Source: Bacteroidota bacterium
Lineage (GTDB): Bacteria; Bacteroidota; Rhodothermia; JANXDC01
Length of the DNA: 64,000 nt
Direction: 5' to 3'
Assembly (NCBI GenBank): GCA_025059945.1
Contig: JANXDC010000015.1
Location: forward strand, 184,053 to 248,052
Part shown: piece by piece, positions 18,707 to 28,123 of the stretch
Layout of the letters: the number at the start of each line of letters is the position of its first letter
How positions within the stretch are numbered: the first letter of the stretch is position 1
Translations under genes and position numbers: made by a program
Notes under the pieces: model-generated
What the model was told of the DNA's origin: nothing
Seen by the model: the letters and a program-made list of their open reading frames with translations, nothing else
The model's database searches: none

Positions 18707-19656
18707 TATGGCTCCATGCCCCAACAGAGGGGATCGCGTTCGTCCAGTATTAGGTTGGCTTCTGCCATTACGTGCGCTTCGCCCACGATCCAAGGGATGA
18801 TCCGGTTGGGGTCCTCCGGATCCCGCTCAAAGTAGGCCTCAAAGAGGGCTCCCCCTATGCCTTCCTGTCGCCAGATAGTGCCTGGGGCGAGTTGGCCCTC
18901 GGCGTACAGGCAGGCCAGATGGGCGCATGTGCCCGTGCCGCAGGGGGAGCGATCGTATTGCCCGCCCGGACATAGCACGAAGTTGCGGCTGTGCGCCTCC
19001 GGATGCGTCGGGGGGCCCAGGAGCTCCACGTGATCGATCAGGGCCCCCTCAGGCCCGCGGATGTCGGAGGCGTCCAGGGCACGGCGAACGGCCTGGGCGA
19101 AGGCCCACAGCGCCTCTCGGTTTTCCGGTCGCACCGCCACAGGGGGATCATGAACCAAAAAGAACCAGTTGCCCCCCCAGGCTACGTCCCCCTGCACAAC
19201 GCCCCAGGGGGGCACCTCTAGCGCAAGCGCCGCCCGGTAGCGATAGGCGGGCACGTTGCGCAGGCACACTTGCCCATCCGCTCGCAGTTCGGCCTCCACC
19301 ACGCCCACCGGGGTTTCGAGGCGATGTCGACCTGGCCCGATGCGCCCCAGCCATGCCAAAGCGGCCATGAGGCCGATCGCGCCGTGCCCGCACATACCTA
19401 GATAGCCGACGTTGTTGAAAAAGATCACCCCCGCTATGCAGCTAGAGTCCGCCGGCTCCACAAGCCAGGCCCCGACCCAATGCGCCGCACCGCGAGGTTC
19501 GCAGAGCATAGCGCGCCGAAAGCGATCGTGCTGGTTGCGCAGCCGTTCTAAACGCGCTGCAAGCGATCCTCGGCCCAGATCGGGTCCCCCCTCTAGCAGA
19601 ATGCGCGTGGGCTCCCCGCCCGTGTGCGTGTCCAACACCCGAAGCCGATGGATCAT
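18706..19656 (-). CDS. 4-hydroxyproline 2-epimerase (proline racemase family)
   Basis: Proline-racemase fold with the two catalytic Cys motifs (GMCGHGAIG and SPCGTGTCAHLA). Confidence 0.8.
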   Translation of the reverse strand: MIHRLRVLDTHTGGEPTRILLEGGPDLGRGSLAARLERLRNQHDRFRRAMLCEPRGAAHWVGAWLVEPADSSCIAGVIFFNNVGYLGMCGHGAIGLMAALAWLGRIGPGRHRLETPVGVVEAELRADGQVCLRNVPAYRYRAALALEVPPWGVVQGDVAWGGNWFFLVHDPPVAVRPENREALWAFAQAVRRALDASDIRGPEGALIDHVELLGPPTHPEAHSRNFVLCPGGQYDRSPCGTGTCAHLACLYAEGQLAPGTIWRQEGIGGALFEAYFERDPEDPNRIIPWIVGEAHVMAEANLILDERDPLCWGMEP

Positions 19657-19675
19657 CGGTGCATGCCCCGTAAGT

Positions 19676-19695
19676 CGCGCTTAAATTTTAGCGCG
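19676..19695. promoter_or_regulatory. 20-bp palindrome CGCGC-TTAAATTTTA-GCGCG in the divergent hyp / araC-type intergenic region; candidate operator
   Basis: Perfect 5-bp GC arms flank an AT-rich centre. Lies within a TAAAAT -10-like element in the 73-bp divergent promoter region. Confidence 0.35.
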
Positions 19696-19729
19696 TGCTA
19701 TAGGGTCCGATCTTGACCGAATTGCGCCT

Positions 19730-20482
19730 ATGCAAGACGACAAAGCGGCACAAAACCGACAAGCCGATGAGCTTCCGGTCGCCTCATGGAAGGAGCTTGA
19801 GAGGCTATTTGACGCGATGCCGGATGTGGTGTTCTTCGTCAAGGACGCCCAAGCCCGGTACGTGTGCGTAAACCAGGCCCTGCTGCGTCGACTCGGGGCT
19901 GTAGATAGGTGCGCCGTGATCGGACGCACGGCGCGGGAGGTATTCGGGCAGCCCTGGGGTGTTCGCTACAGCGAGCAGGACGAGCAGGTGCTGCGGACCG
20001 GCTGGCCTATCCAAGGGCAGCTTGAGCTACATCGGTATCCCAAAGGTCAGGAGGGATGGTGCTTAACCTACAAGTTTCCCCTACGCGATTCGGCCGGCCG
20101 CATCGTGGGCCTATACGGGTTTTCTCGAGATCTGCCGCACCCTGATCCCGCAGAACCCGTTTACTCAGCCCTGGCCGATGCCCTGGCTTATCTGCGAGCG
20201 CACCCCGAGGCGCCCATCCGCATCAGCGATTGGGCCCAGCAGGCGGGACTGCGACGGGAGCGCTTTGAGCGCCTGCTTAAGGCGCTTTTCGGCTTAACGC
20301 CCCGCCAGCTTCTTGTACAAGTTCGGATTGAGCGGGCCGTTCGGATGCTGCAAGAGACCGACTGGCCGATTGCCCAGATCGCGTTTGCCTGCGGATACGG
20401 GGACCAGAGTGCCTTTACGCGTCAGTTCCGCCGTGTGGTGGGCTTAAGCCCACGTCGATTTCGCCAAGTTTGGGGCTCCTAA
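19730..20482 (+). CDS. AraC-family transcriptional regulator with N-terminal PAS-like sensor domain
   Basis: C-terminal AraC HTH (IAFACGYGDQSAFTRQFRRVVGLSPRRFR). N-terminal PAS-like region. Divergent from the hydroxyproline operon. Confidence 0.8.
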   Translation: MQDDKAAQNRQADELPVASWKELERLFDAMPDVVFFVKDAQARYVCVNQALLRRLGAVDRCAVIGRTAREVFGQPWGVRYSEQDEQVLRTGWPIQGQLELHRYPKGQEGWCLTYKFPLRDSAGRIVGLYGFSRDLPHPDPAEPVYSALADALAYLRAHPEAPIRISDWAQQAGLRRERFERLLKALFGLTPRQLLVQVRIERAVRMLQETDWPIAQIAFACGYGDQSAFTRQFRRVVGLSPRRFRQVWGS

Positions 20483-21675
20483 GATAGCCAACCGCTCCTG
20501 GCAAGCCAATCCGCGAGAAGCCAGCCAACCTGAAGCGCTGAGGTGGCCGCCGGACTGGGGGCGTTAGCTACGTGCAGCAGCCGCTCGTAGGCGTCCAAGA
20601 CGAAATCGTCCACCAGGCTTCCGTTTCGATCAACGGCCTGAGCGCGCACCCCGCTCGGAGCAGGTATCAGGTCCTCCGGTCGCACCGCGGGCACCAGGCG
20701 TTGTACGGCTCGACAGAACCGATTGCGGCTCCAGGAGCGCCAAAGCTCCTCCAGGCCCACGCGCCAATAGCGCGCGGCCATGCGCCAAAATCCAGGGTAG
20801 CGCAGATAATCCGCCATGTCCGCAAGCCGCGCTTCCCGCCACCGGTAGCCCTCCCGAGCCAAGGCCAGAACGGCGTTGGGCCCACATTTGACGCGTCCGG
20901 TTAGCGTGCGCGTCAGATGCACCCCCGCAAACGGAAACCGGGGATCGGGCACGGGATAAATCAGGTTGCGGCAGAGGAAGCTCGATTCCGGTCGCAACCA
21001 GTAGAATTCACCCCGAAACGGGATAATCCGCATCCGCGCTCGATAGCCGAAACGCTCCAGCAGCCGATCAGCATCGAGGCCGGCGCAGAGCACCGCAACA
21101 TCTACTTCAACTTCTCCTTTGGGGGTGAGCAGCACCCATCCTCGGCTGCTGCGCTGGGCCCGCAGCACAGCTCGGGCTGTGTGCACTTGGCCGCCCCGTT
21201 CCTGGATGCGCAAGGCCAGGCGTTGGCAGACAGCCTGAAAATCCACGATACCCGTTTCGGGTACATGTAGGGCGGCTATCCCTTGCACGTACGGCTCTAA
21301 TTGGCGCAGCTGCTCTGGTCCGATCCGGTGACAAGTTACGCCGTTGGCCTGCCCTCGACGGTGTAGCTCCTCCAGCCAAGCTAGCTCGCCGCGATGGGTG
21401 GCCACGATCACTTTGCCGCATCGCTCAAAGGGCAGTCCCTCGGCTTCGCAGAAGGCCTCCAGGGCCCGTTTGCCTGCGCGACAGTTAATCGCCTTCAGGG
21501 ATCCAGGCCGATAGTAAATTCCCGAATGCAGCACGCCGGAGTTGCGCCCAGACTGGTGAGCGGCCAACGTGGGCTCCTTCTCGAAAAGCAGCACCTGCGC
21601 CCGCGGAAAACGCTCTTGTATCCGGTACGCCGCGGCCAATCCCACGATGCCACCCCCAACCACGCCGATCTTCAT
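20479..21675 (-). CDS. lhgO: L-2-hydroxyglutarate oxidase (FAD-dependent)
   Basis: MKIGVVGGGIVGLAAA FAD motif. FRGEFYWL, GVRAQAV and CNAPSPAATSA motifs are characteristic of LhgO/YgaF. Confidence 0.75.
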   Translation of the reverse strand: MKIGVVGGGIVGLAAAYRIQERFPRAQVLLFEKEPTLAAHQSGRNSGVLHSGIYYRPGSLKAINCRAGKRALEAFCEAEGLPFERCGKVIVATHRGELAWLEELHRRGQANGVTCHRIGPEQLRQLEPYVQGIAALHVPETGIVDFQAVCQRLALRIQERGGQVHTARAVLRAQRSSRGWVLLTPKGEVEVDVAVLCAGLDADRLLERFGYRARMRIIPFRGEFYWLRPESSFLCRNLIYPVPDPRFPFAGVHLTRTLTGRVKCGPNAVLALAREGYRWREARLADMADYLRYPGFWRMAARYWRVGLEELWRSWSRNRFCRAVQRLVPAVRPEDLIPAPSGVRAQAVDRNGSLVDDFVLDAYERLLHVANAPSPAATSALQVGWLLADWLARSGWLS

Positions 21676-21785
21676 GGCTAAAACGTGAAGCTAACGGGGC
21701 GTAAAATAACCGCCTTGTGGCGCGCGCACAACCGGCTGTTGCGTCGGAGGCCGCTTCGTAGTCCTGAATCAGGAGGAGATACGCT

Positions 21786-22286
21786 ATGCGGTCCTTCGCC
21801 TCATGGGGGGAGCGGCTGTGGCGCGCTCTGGCGCTGCGACCCGAGGATGCGCTCGCCCTGGGCTTGGTGCTTATCGCCGCCCTGGCTGTAGAGGGGCTGC
21901 GCTGGACTCGACGTCCTGATCCTGGGCTGGCCGCCTCGCTTGTGTCATCGGATAGCCTGTTTCAGGCCCGCTGGCGCAGCTGGGTTGAGGCGGCTCAGGC
22001 CCGATCGAGCGCATCGCCTTCGCAAAAGCAGCTCGCCTCGGCTGGCCTTGTCCAGGCCGGTTTTCCGCAAAACAGCACCGCGCCCCCTGCGCGGCTTATT
22101 TCCGTTAACCGGGCCTCGGCAGCGCAGCTGGAGCGGCTTCCGGGGATTGGACCCAAGCTGGCGGCGGCCATTGTGGCCTACCGGGAGCAACATGGCCCCT
22201 TCAGGCGCGTAGAGGATCTGCTGCGCGTGCGCGGGATTGGGCCCAAGAAGCTAGCCCAAATACGAGATTGGATCACGGTGGAGTAG
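21786..22286 (+). CDS. comEA: ComEA-like helix-hairpin-helix DNA-binding protein
   Basis: C-terminal tandem HhH (LERLPGIGPKLAAAIVAYREQHGPFRRVEDLLRVRGIGPKKLAQI). N-terminal membrane anchor. GGAGGAG RBS upstream. Confidence 0.75.
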   Translation: MRSFASWGERLWRALALRPEDALALGLVLIAALAVEGLRWTRRPDPGLAASLVSSDSLFQARWRSWVEAAQARSSASPSQKQLASAGLVQAGFPQNSTAPPARLISVNRASAAQLERLPGIGPKLAAAIVAYREQHGPFRRVEDLLRVRGIGPKKLAQIRDWITVE

Positions 22287-23784
22287 CAGGCTGCTCCGGG
22301 ATCGGGATCGCCTCTAGCGCGCGGCGCAGTCGGCGCAGGCACCGTTCTCGGCCCAAAAGGGCCATCAGGTCAAACAGGCCAGGTCCGAAGGTCATGCCCG
22401 TTAGCGCAAGCCTTGTGGGATGAATCAGGCGCGCCGCCGCCACCCCGTGCTCGGTCGCAAGGGCGCGCAGCTCAGCCTCCACGCGTTCGGGCGTAAACGC
22501 CTCTTCCGCAAGCCGCTGCAGGCGCTCTAGATACGCCCTCAGAAGCGCGGGCGTGTCCTCCTTCCAGTGCTTCCGGATGCCTTCAGGGGCGTACTCCGTG
22601 GGGTCTTCGAAGAAATAGCGGCTGAAGGTGACGAATTCGTGGATAAACTCCACGCGTTCCTTCATGAGCTGCACGACGCCTCGTAGGTAGCGCTCCTCGG
22701 GAACGGGCAGGCCGCGCCGTTCCAACTCGCGCCGTACCGCCTCCACCAGCTCCGAATCGGGCTTGCGCCGAATGTACTGCTGGTTATACCACTTGAGCTT
22801 GTCAAAATTAAAAACGGCTCCCGACTTGACCACCCGCGCCAGGCTGAAAGCTTCGACGAGCTCCGGCAGACTCATCAGCTCGCGATCGTCTCCCGGATTC
22901 CAGCCCAAAAAGGCCAGAAAATTCACCACCGCCTCGGGCAGGAAGCCGGCTTCGATGTAATCCCGCACGTTTACGGGGATCCCAAGCTCGGCCGCGCTGC
23001 GCTTGGAGAGCTTCCCCCCCTGGGGATTTAGGATCAGGGGCAGATGGGCCATCTTCGGGGGCTCCCAGCCAAAGTAGCGATACAGCAGAATGTGCTTCGG
23101 CGTGCTCGAAAGCCACTCCTCGCCTCGGATCACGTGCGTGATGCCCATGTAGTGGTCGTCAACCACGTTCGCCAGGTGATACGTGGGCAGGCCATCAGAT
23201 TTGAGCAACACCTGATCGTCCAACTCCTCGCTCTCAAAGGCGACCCATCCGCGGATCTCGTCGTAGAAGCGAATCGTCTCGTGCCGGGGGACCTTGAGCC
23301 GGATCACATAAGGTTGGCCAGACCGGAGCCGCTCCCGCACCTCCTGCTCCGGCAGCGTAAGGGAGTTCTTCATGGACAGGCGCGTAATGGGGTTGTACTT
23401 GGGAGAGGGGTTGCCGGCCCGTTGCAGCCGCTCGCGCATGGCCTCTAGCTCTTCAGGCGTATCAAAGGCATAGTAGGCGAAGCCCTTCTCCACGAGCTCC
23501 TCCGCATGCCTGCGGTATAGCTCCGAACGCTCCGACTGCCGATACGGCCCATACGGCCCCCCTACGTCGGGGCCTTCGTCGTAGTCCAGACCGGCCCATC
23601 GCAGGGACCGTATGATGTCCGCTTCGGCCCCCTCCACATAGCGGCTTTGGTCGGTATCCTCGATCCGCAAGATGAACCGACCCCCGTGATGGCGGGCGAA
23701 GAGGTAATTGTACAGGGCCGTGCGCAATCCCCCGATGTGCAACAACCCCGTAGGACTGGGCGCAAAGCGCACGCGTACGCTCAT
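22273..23784 (-). CDS. gltX: glutamate--tRNA ligase
   Basis: Class I HIGH (PSPTGLLHIGG) and KMSKS (KLSKR) motifs. Start ATG 23784 (MSVRVRFAPSPTG). The listed ORF start at 24363 is over-extended into mntH. Confidence 0.9.
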   Translation of the reverse strand: MSVRVRFAPSPTGLLHIGGLRTALYNYLFARHHGGRFILRIEDTDQSRYVEGAEADIIRSLRWAGLDYDEGPDVGGPYGPYRQSERSELYRRHAEELVEKGFAYYAFDTPEELEAMRERLQRAGNPSPKYNPITRLSMKNSLTLPEQEVRERLRSGQPYVIRLKVPRHETIRFYDEIRGWVAFESEELDDQVLLKSDGLPTYHLANVVDDHYMGITHVIRGEEWLSSTPKHILLYRYFGWEPPKMAHLPLILNPQGGKLSKRSAAELGIPVNVRDYIEAGFLPEAVVNFLAFLGWNPGDDRELMSLPELVEAFSLARVVKSGAVFNFDKLKWYNQQYIRRKPDSELVEAVRRELERRGLPVPEERYLRGVVQLMKERVEFIHEFVTFSRYFFEDPTEYAPEGIRKHWKEDTPALLRAYLERLQRLAEEAFTPERVEAELRALATEHGVAAARLIHPTRLALTGMTFGPGLFDLMALLGRERCLRRLRRALEAIPIPEQPATPP

Positions 23785-23849
23785 AGGCCGCCTATGCGAT
23801 AGCGTGATTTTGTATTTTAAGATAGCATCGGCTCTGCCCCAGTCGCCAA

Positions 23850-25133
23850 TCAATGTCCTAAAGCGCCCAGGGCCAAAAGCCAGAGGTTGAGCCCGACGAT
23901 GCAGGCCGCCATAACCCATCCCAAGACCTGCTGCCAGGTCTTGTTTACGAGCTCGCCCATAAGATCCCGCCGTGAGGTCAAGCGCACCAGGGGGATCACG
24001 GCAAACGGCAGCTGAAAAGAGAGGATCACCTGGCTGAGTACAAGCAAGCTCATGGGCCGAGCGTGCAACCAGATGGCCAGTAGCGCCGGAAGCATCGTGG
24101 CCGTTCGGGTGCCGAGCCGGATCAGCGCCGGCGAAAGCCGATCCAGGCGCAAGAAGCCCTGAAAGACGTATTGGCCCGCCAGCGTGGCCGTGGTGGAGCT
24201 GGAGATACCGCTCGCCAGCAGGGCGAGGGCAAACGTCAGGGCCGCTGCCTTGCCTAAAAGCGGCTCCAGGGTCCGATAGGCCTGGTCGATATCCGTGACC
24301 AAGACCCCGTTTTCGTGAAAAACGGCCGAGGAGACGATGAGAATGCTGGAGTTGATGAGCCAAGCTACGTTGAGGGCCAGTATCGTATCCCAGACGCTTA
24401 ACCGATACAGACGCTCCCGTTTTAAGCCGTCCGCGAGGCGGTTGCGCACCTGGGCGGAGTGCAGATACAAGTTGTGGGGCATCACGGTGGCCCCCAAGAT
24501 CCCGACCGCAACGAAAAGGGCCTCCGCTGCTCCAATGCGCTCATCCGGCCAAAAGGCATGACGGGCTACCTGCCCCCAGTCCGGTTGCGCCCAGGCGAGC
24601 TCTACGACGTAAGCTAGTCCTATTGCGGCCACAAAGCCGATGATCACAAGCTCTATGATGCGAAAACCAAAGCGCTCCAAGTACAAGATGAGCAGCACGT
24701 CCAAGAACGTGATCAGGGCGGCCCAGGCCAGCGGGATCCCGAAAAGCAGGTTGAGCGCCAAGGCTACCCCCATGAATTCGGCCAAATCGGTCGCCATCAT
24801 GGCCAAAGCGGCCGTCAGAAACAGGATCTGCCGCCAGGGACTGCGGTACTGCTCCCGGCACAACGTGGCCAAATCCTTGCCCGTGGCCAAGCCCAACTTA
24901 GCAGCCAAGATCTGCAGAAAAATGGCCATGAGGCTTGAGAGCGTAATCACCCACAGGAGGCTATAGCCAAAGCGACTGCCGGCCTCGATGTCCGTGGCCC
25001 AATTGCCTGGGTCCATGTAGCCGACGCTGACCAGGAAAGCCGGACCGAAATAGCGCATCCAGCGCACGCGGCGCCGCAGGGCCCGCACATCGGGCCAACG
25101 CAGAAGGGGTTGGCGTAATAGGGGCTCAGCCAT
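23850..25133 (-). CDS. mntH: NRAMP-family divalent metal (Mn2+/Fe2+) transporter
   Basis: NRAMP signature DPGN. 11-12 predicted TM helices. Confidence 0.85.
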   Translation of the reverse strand: MAEPLLRQPLLRWPDVRALRRRVRWMRYFGPAFLVSVGYMDPGNWATDIEAGSRFGYSLLWVITLSSLMAIFLQILAAKLGLATGKDLATLCREQYRSPWRQILFLTAALAMMATDLAEFMGVALALNLLFGIPLAWAALITFLDVLLILYLERFGFRIIELVIIGFVAAIGLAYVVELAWAQPDWGQVARHAFWPDERIGAAEALFVAVGILGATVMPHNLYLHSAQVRNRLADGLKRERLYRLSVWDTILALNVAWLINSSILIVSSAVFHENGVLVTDIDQAYRTLEPLLGKAAALTFALALLASGISSSTTATLAGQYVFQGFLRLDRLSPALIRLGTRTATMLPALLAIWLHARPMSLLVLSQVILSFQLPFAVIPLVRLTSRRDLMGELVNKTWQQVLGWVMAACIVGLNLWLLALGALGH

Positions 25134-25250
25134 ATTTTTCGTTATACGAAAATTAATTTTTGGCTGACTAAAAAATCAAGCCGCCCGCTCATGCCTATGT
25201 TGAGTTCGGTTTCTATAACGATGCGTGCGGCCTCGTAGGAAAGACGGGGG
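25134..25250 (-). promoter_or_regulatory. AT-rich promoter region upstream of mntH (TTGATT-N18-TAATTT on minus strand)
   Basis: 117-nt intergenic region with about 35-45% GC inside a ~67% GC genome. On the minus strand, TTGATT (plus 25174-25179) and TAATTT (plus 25150-25155) lie upstream of ATG 25133. A TAATTTTC element resembling the Bacteroidota -7 box is also present. Confidence 0.3.
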
Positions 25251-28115
25251 CTATTGAATGGGCCCGTTAGGAGAGGTGTAATCGGATCGGCCGCGTTCCA
25301 GAACGGCCCGCAGGTAAGGGCCTGTGGGGCTTTCAGGGTGCTGGGCCACTTCCTCTGGGGTCCCAGTGGCCACTAGGTAGCCGCCTTGTGCTCCGCCTCC
25401 GGGGCCCAGATCGATCACGTAGTCGGCGCATTTGATCACTTCCAGGTTGTGTTCGATCACCACCACGGAGTGCCCCTGTTCCAGAAGCCGGTCGAAGCAG
25501 GCCAGCAGACGGCGCACGTCATCCAGGTGTAACCCCGTAGTAGGCTCATCAAATAGATACAGAGTCGGACCCCGATGGGGTTCTGCCAGATGAGCGGCCA
25601 ATTTGAGCCGCTGGGCCTCGCCGCCGGAGAGCGTCGGCGTAGGCTGTCCGAGCCGCACGTAGCCCAGGCCCACCTCCTGCAGGGGGTGCAGGCGCTGAAC
25701 GATCTTGCGATGGTCGGCGAAGAACTCCGAGGCCTCTTCCACCGTCATCTCCAGCACATCTACGATGCTGCGATCCCGATAGCGCACGTCCAGGACCTCG
25801 TCTTTGTAGCGTCGTCCTTGGCAGACCTCGCAGGGCAGATATAGATCGGCCAGGAATTGCATTTCGATGCGCTGCCATCCCTCGCCTTGGCAGGCTTCGC
25901 AGCGGCCACCTTCTACGTTGAAGGAAAAAAAGCCGGGCGTGTAGCCCCGCGCCTGCGCCAGCGGAAGGCTCGCGTACAGCTCTCGAATCGGATCGAAGGC
26001 TTTTACAAAGGTGACGGGATTGGATCGGGAGCTGCGGCCGATCGGGCTTTGATCGACCAGTTCTACGGCCGCGATCGCCTCATGTCCCGTGATGCGGCTG
26101 TAGAGGCCAGGCGTCGTGGTGGGCTCTTCTTCGGCGTAATCGCCCTTAAGGCGTCTGAGGGCCTCATACAGGGTTTGGTGCACCAAGGTGGATTTGCCCG
26201 AGCCGCTGGGGCCCGTGACGCAGACCAGCACGTTGAGGGGAAACGTCACGTCGAGGTTTTTGAGGTTGTGCGATCGGCAGCCGTAAAGCACGATGGCGTC
26301 TTCCCATCGGCGGCGCTGGCGGGGAACCGGGATCTGCAGCCGTCCGCTCAGATAGCCCCCCGTCAGGGAGCTGGGGTGTTGACAGAGGGCCTTATATGAG
26401 CCCTGAAAGACGATCTGGCCGCCGTGTTCGCCGGCGCCCGGGCCCAGCTCCACGATCTCGTCTGCGGCTCGGATAATGTCCGGGTCGTGCTCCACGACCA
26501 AGACCGTGTTGCCCTGATCCCGGAGCCGGCGCAGGATGCCGATGAGACGCTCCGTATCGCGCGGATGCAGGCCGATGGAGGGCTCATCGAGCACGTAGAT
26601 GGCGCCTACGAGCGCGCCCCCCAGGGCCGTGGCCAAGTGGATGCGCTGCGTTTCGCCCCCGGAGAGCGTCATGGCCAACCGGTCGAGCGTGAGGTAATCG
26701 AGCCCGATGGCCACAAGGTATTCGAGCCGGCGCCGGATCTCTGCCAGCACCTGCCCGGCGACCTGTTCTTCGTAGTCCGAAAGCCGAAGCGAGCGAAAGA
26801 AGCGCTCCGCTTCGCCAATAGAAAGGGCCGTCACTTCGCCGATATGCAGGCCGCCAACGCGCACGTAGAGCGCCTCCGGCCTGAGCCGATATCCCCGGCA
26901 GTCGGGGCACCGCTTGTAGCCGCGGAAGCGGGCGTAGAAGATGCGGTAGTGCATTTTGTGAAATTGGCTCTGGATCTCCCGGAAGAAACCCTCTATGCCC
27001 TCGAATCCGGGCCAGCCGTTCCAGAGCAGATCGCGCTGCGCCTCGGTAAGCTCGCAGTACGGCACATCCAAGGGCAGGCCCACCTCGTGAGCGCAGCGTT
27101 CTAAGCGGCGCAGCCACTGCTGGTGTTTATCCGTGCGCCAGGGGGCGACGGCGCCTTCCCGTATGGAGAGCCGAGGGTCGGGAATGACCTTGTCGGGATC
27201 GATTCCGGGCACGCGACCGAAGCCCTGGCATGTTTTGCAGGCCCCATAGGGGCTGTTGAAGCCGAAAAGCTGAGGCGTAGGCTCTTCGAAGCGCATGCCG
27301 TCCCGCTCGAAGTGCTGGCTAAAGCGAAACGTGCGTCCGTCGACAAGGCGGATCCAGGCCTGTCCCTCGCCCTCTCGGTAGGCCAGCTCGATGGCTTCGG
27401 CCAAGCGCGTCTGAAATTCCTCAAGCTCTGGCTCCCAGGTGAGCCGGTCCACCACGAGCCCCAGCTCCTCTTGAGCCCAGTCGGCCGGAACGGCCTCGTG
27501 CGCCGTGTCGATCAAGGTGGAGCCGCACAGAAGCCGGTAAAACCCTCGTTCCCGCCACAGGTTCAGCACGGCCTCCAAGGTCTGCCCCGGGCGCAAGTGC
27601 ACCGGGAAGGCCACGTAAAGGCGATCCCCGGGCTTGAGCTGTTGACGCAAGCGCTCGCGAATGCGCTCCGGTGTATCGCGGGTGACCTCTTCACCGGAAA
27701 TCGGCGAGTACGTGCGTCCGATGCGGGCAAAGAGCAGGCGCAGATAGTCGTAAAGCTCCGTCATGGTGGCGACCGTGGAGCGCGCGTTTCGGGCTCCGCT
27801 TTTCTGTTCGATCGCCACAGCTGGGCTCAGGCCCTCGATCTCATCCACGTCCGGCTTGGGCAGGCGCTCCAGGAATTGCCGGGCGTAGGCGCTTAAGGAT
27901 TCCGTGTAGCGGCGGTAGCCCTCCGCGTAGATCGTATCGAAGACGAGCGAACTTTTCCCGCTCCCTGAGGGGCCGGTGAAGACGATCAACCGGTTGCGCG
28001 GCAGCGCCAGGTCGATGTTTTTGAGGTTATGCTGCCGCGCCCCGCGGATCAGCAGGTGCGCGGGCGACTTTTCGGTTTGCGGCGCATCCAGGGAGTCTAG
28101 GGGCTTGGGAAGCAT
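25251..28115 (-). CDS. uvrA: excinuclease ABC subunit A
   Basis: Two ABC ATPase modules (GPSGSGKSS twice) with zinc-finger Cys clusters. Start ATG 28115 (MLPKPLD...) chosen to avoid a 37-nt overlap with the upstream gene. ATG 28160 is an alternative. Confidence 0.9.
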   Translation of the reverse strand: MLPKPLDSLDAPQTEKSPAHLLIRGARQHNLKNIDLALPRNRLIVFTGPSGSGKSSLVFDTIYAEGYRRYTESLSAYARQFLERLPKPDVDEIEGLSPAVAIEQKSGARNARSTVATMTELYDYLRLLFARIGRTYSPISGEEVTRDTPERIRERLRQQLKPGDRLYVAFPVHLRPGQTLEAVLNLWRERGFYRLLCGSTLIDTAHEAVPADWAQEELGLVVDRLTWEPELEEFQTRLAEAIELAYREGEGQAWIRLVDGRTFRFSQHFERDGMRFEEPTPQLFGFNSPYGACKTCQGFGRVPGIDPDKVIPDPRLSIREGAVAPWRTDKHQQWLRRLERCAHEVGLPLDVPYCELTEAQRDLLWNGWPGFEGIEGFFREIQSQFHKMHYRIFYARFRGYKRCPDCRGYRLRPEALYVRVGGLHIGEVTALSIGEAERFFRSLRLSDYEEQVAGQVLAEIRRRLEYLVAIGLDYLTLDRLAMTLSGGETQRIHLATALGGALVGAIYVLDEPSIGLHPRDTERLIGILRRLRDQGNTVLVVEHDPDIIRAADEIVELGPGAGEHGGQIVFQGSYKALCQHPSSLTGGYLSGRLQIPVPRQRRRWEDAIVLYGCRSHNLKNLDVTFPLNVLVCVTGPSGSGKSTLVHQTLYEALRRLKGDYAEEEPTTTPGLYSRITGHEAIAAVELVDQSPIGRSSRSNPVTFVKAFDPIRELYASLPLAQARGYTPGFFSFNVEGGRCEACQGEGWQRIEMQFLADLYLPCEVCQGRRYKDEVLDVRYRDRSIVDVLEMTVEEASEFFADHRKIVQRLHPLQEVGLGYVRLGQPTPTLSGGEAQRLKLAAHLAEPHRGPTLYLFDEPTTGLHLDDVRRLLACFDRLLEQGHSVVVIEHNLEVIKCADYVIDLGPGGGAQGGYLVATGTPEEVAQHPESPTGPYLRAVLERGRSDYTSPNGPIQ

Positions 28116-28123
28116 AGCGGCGT

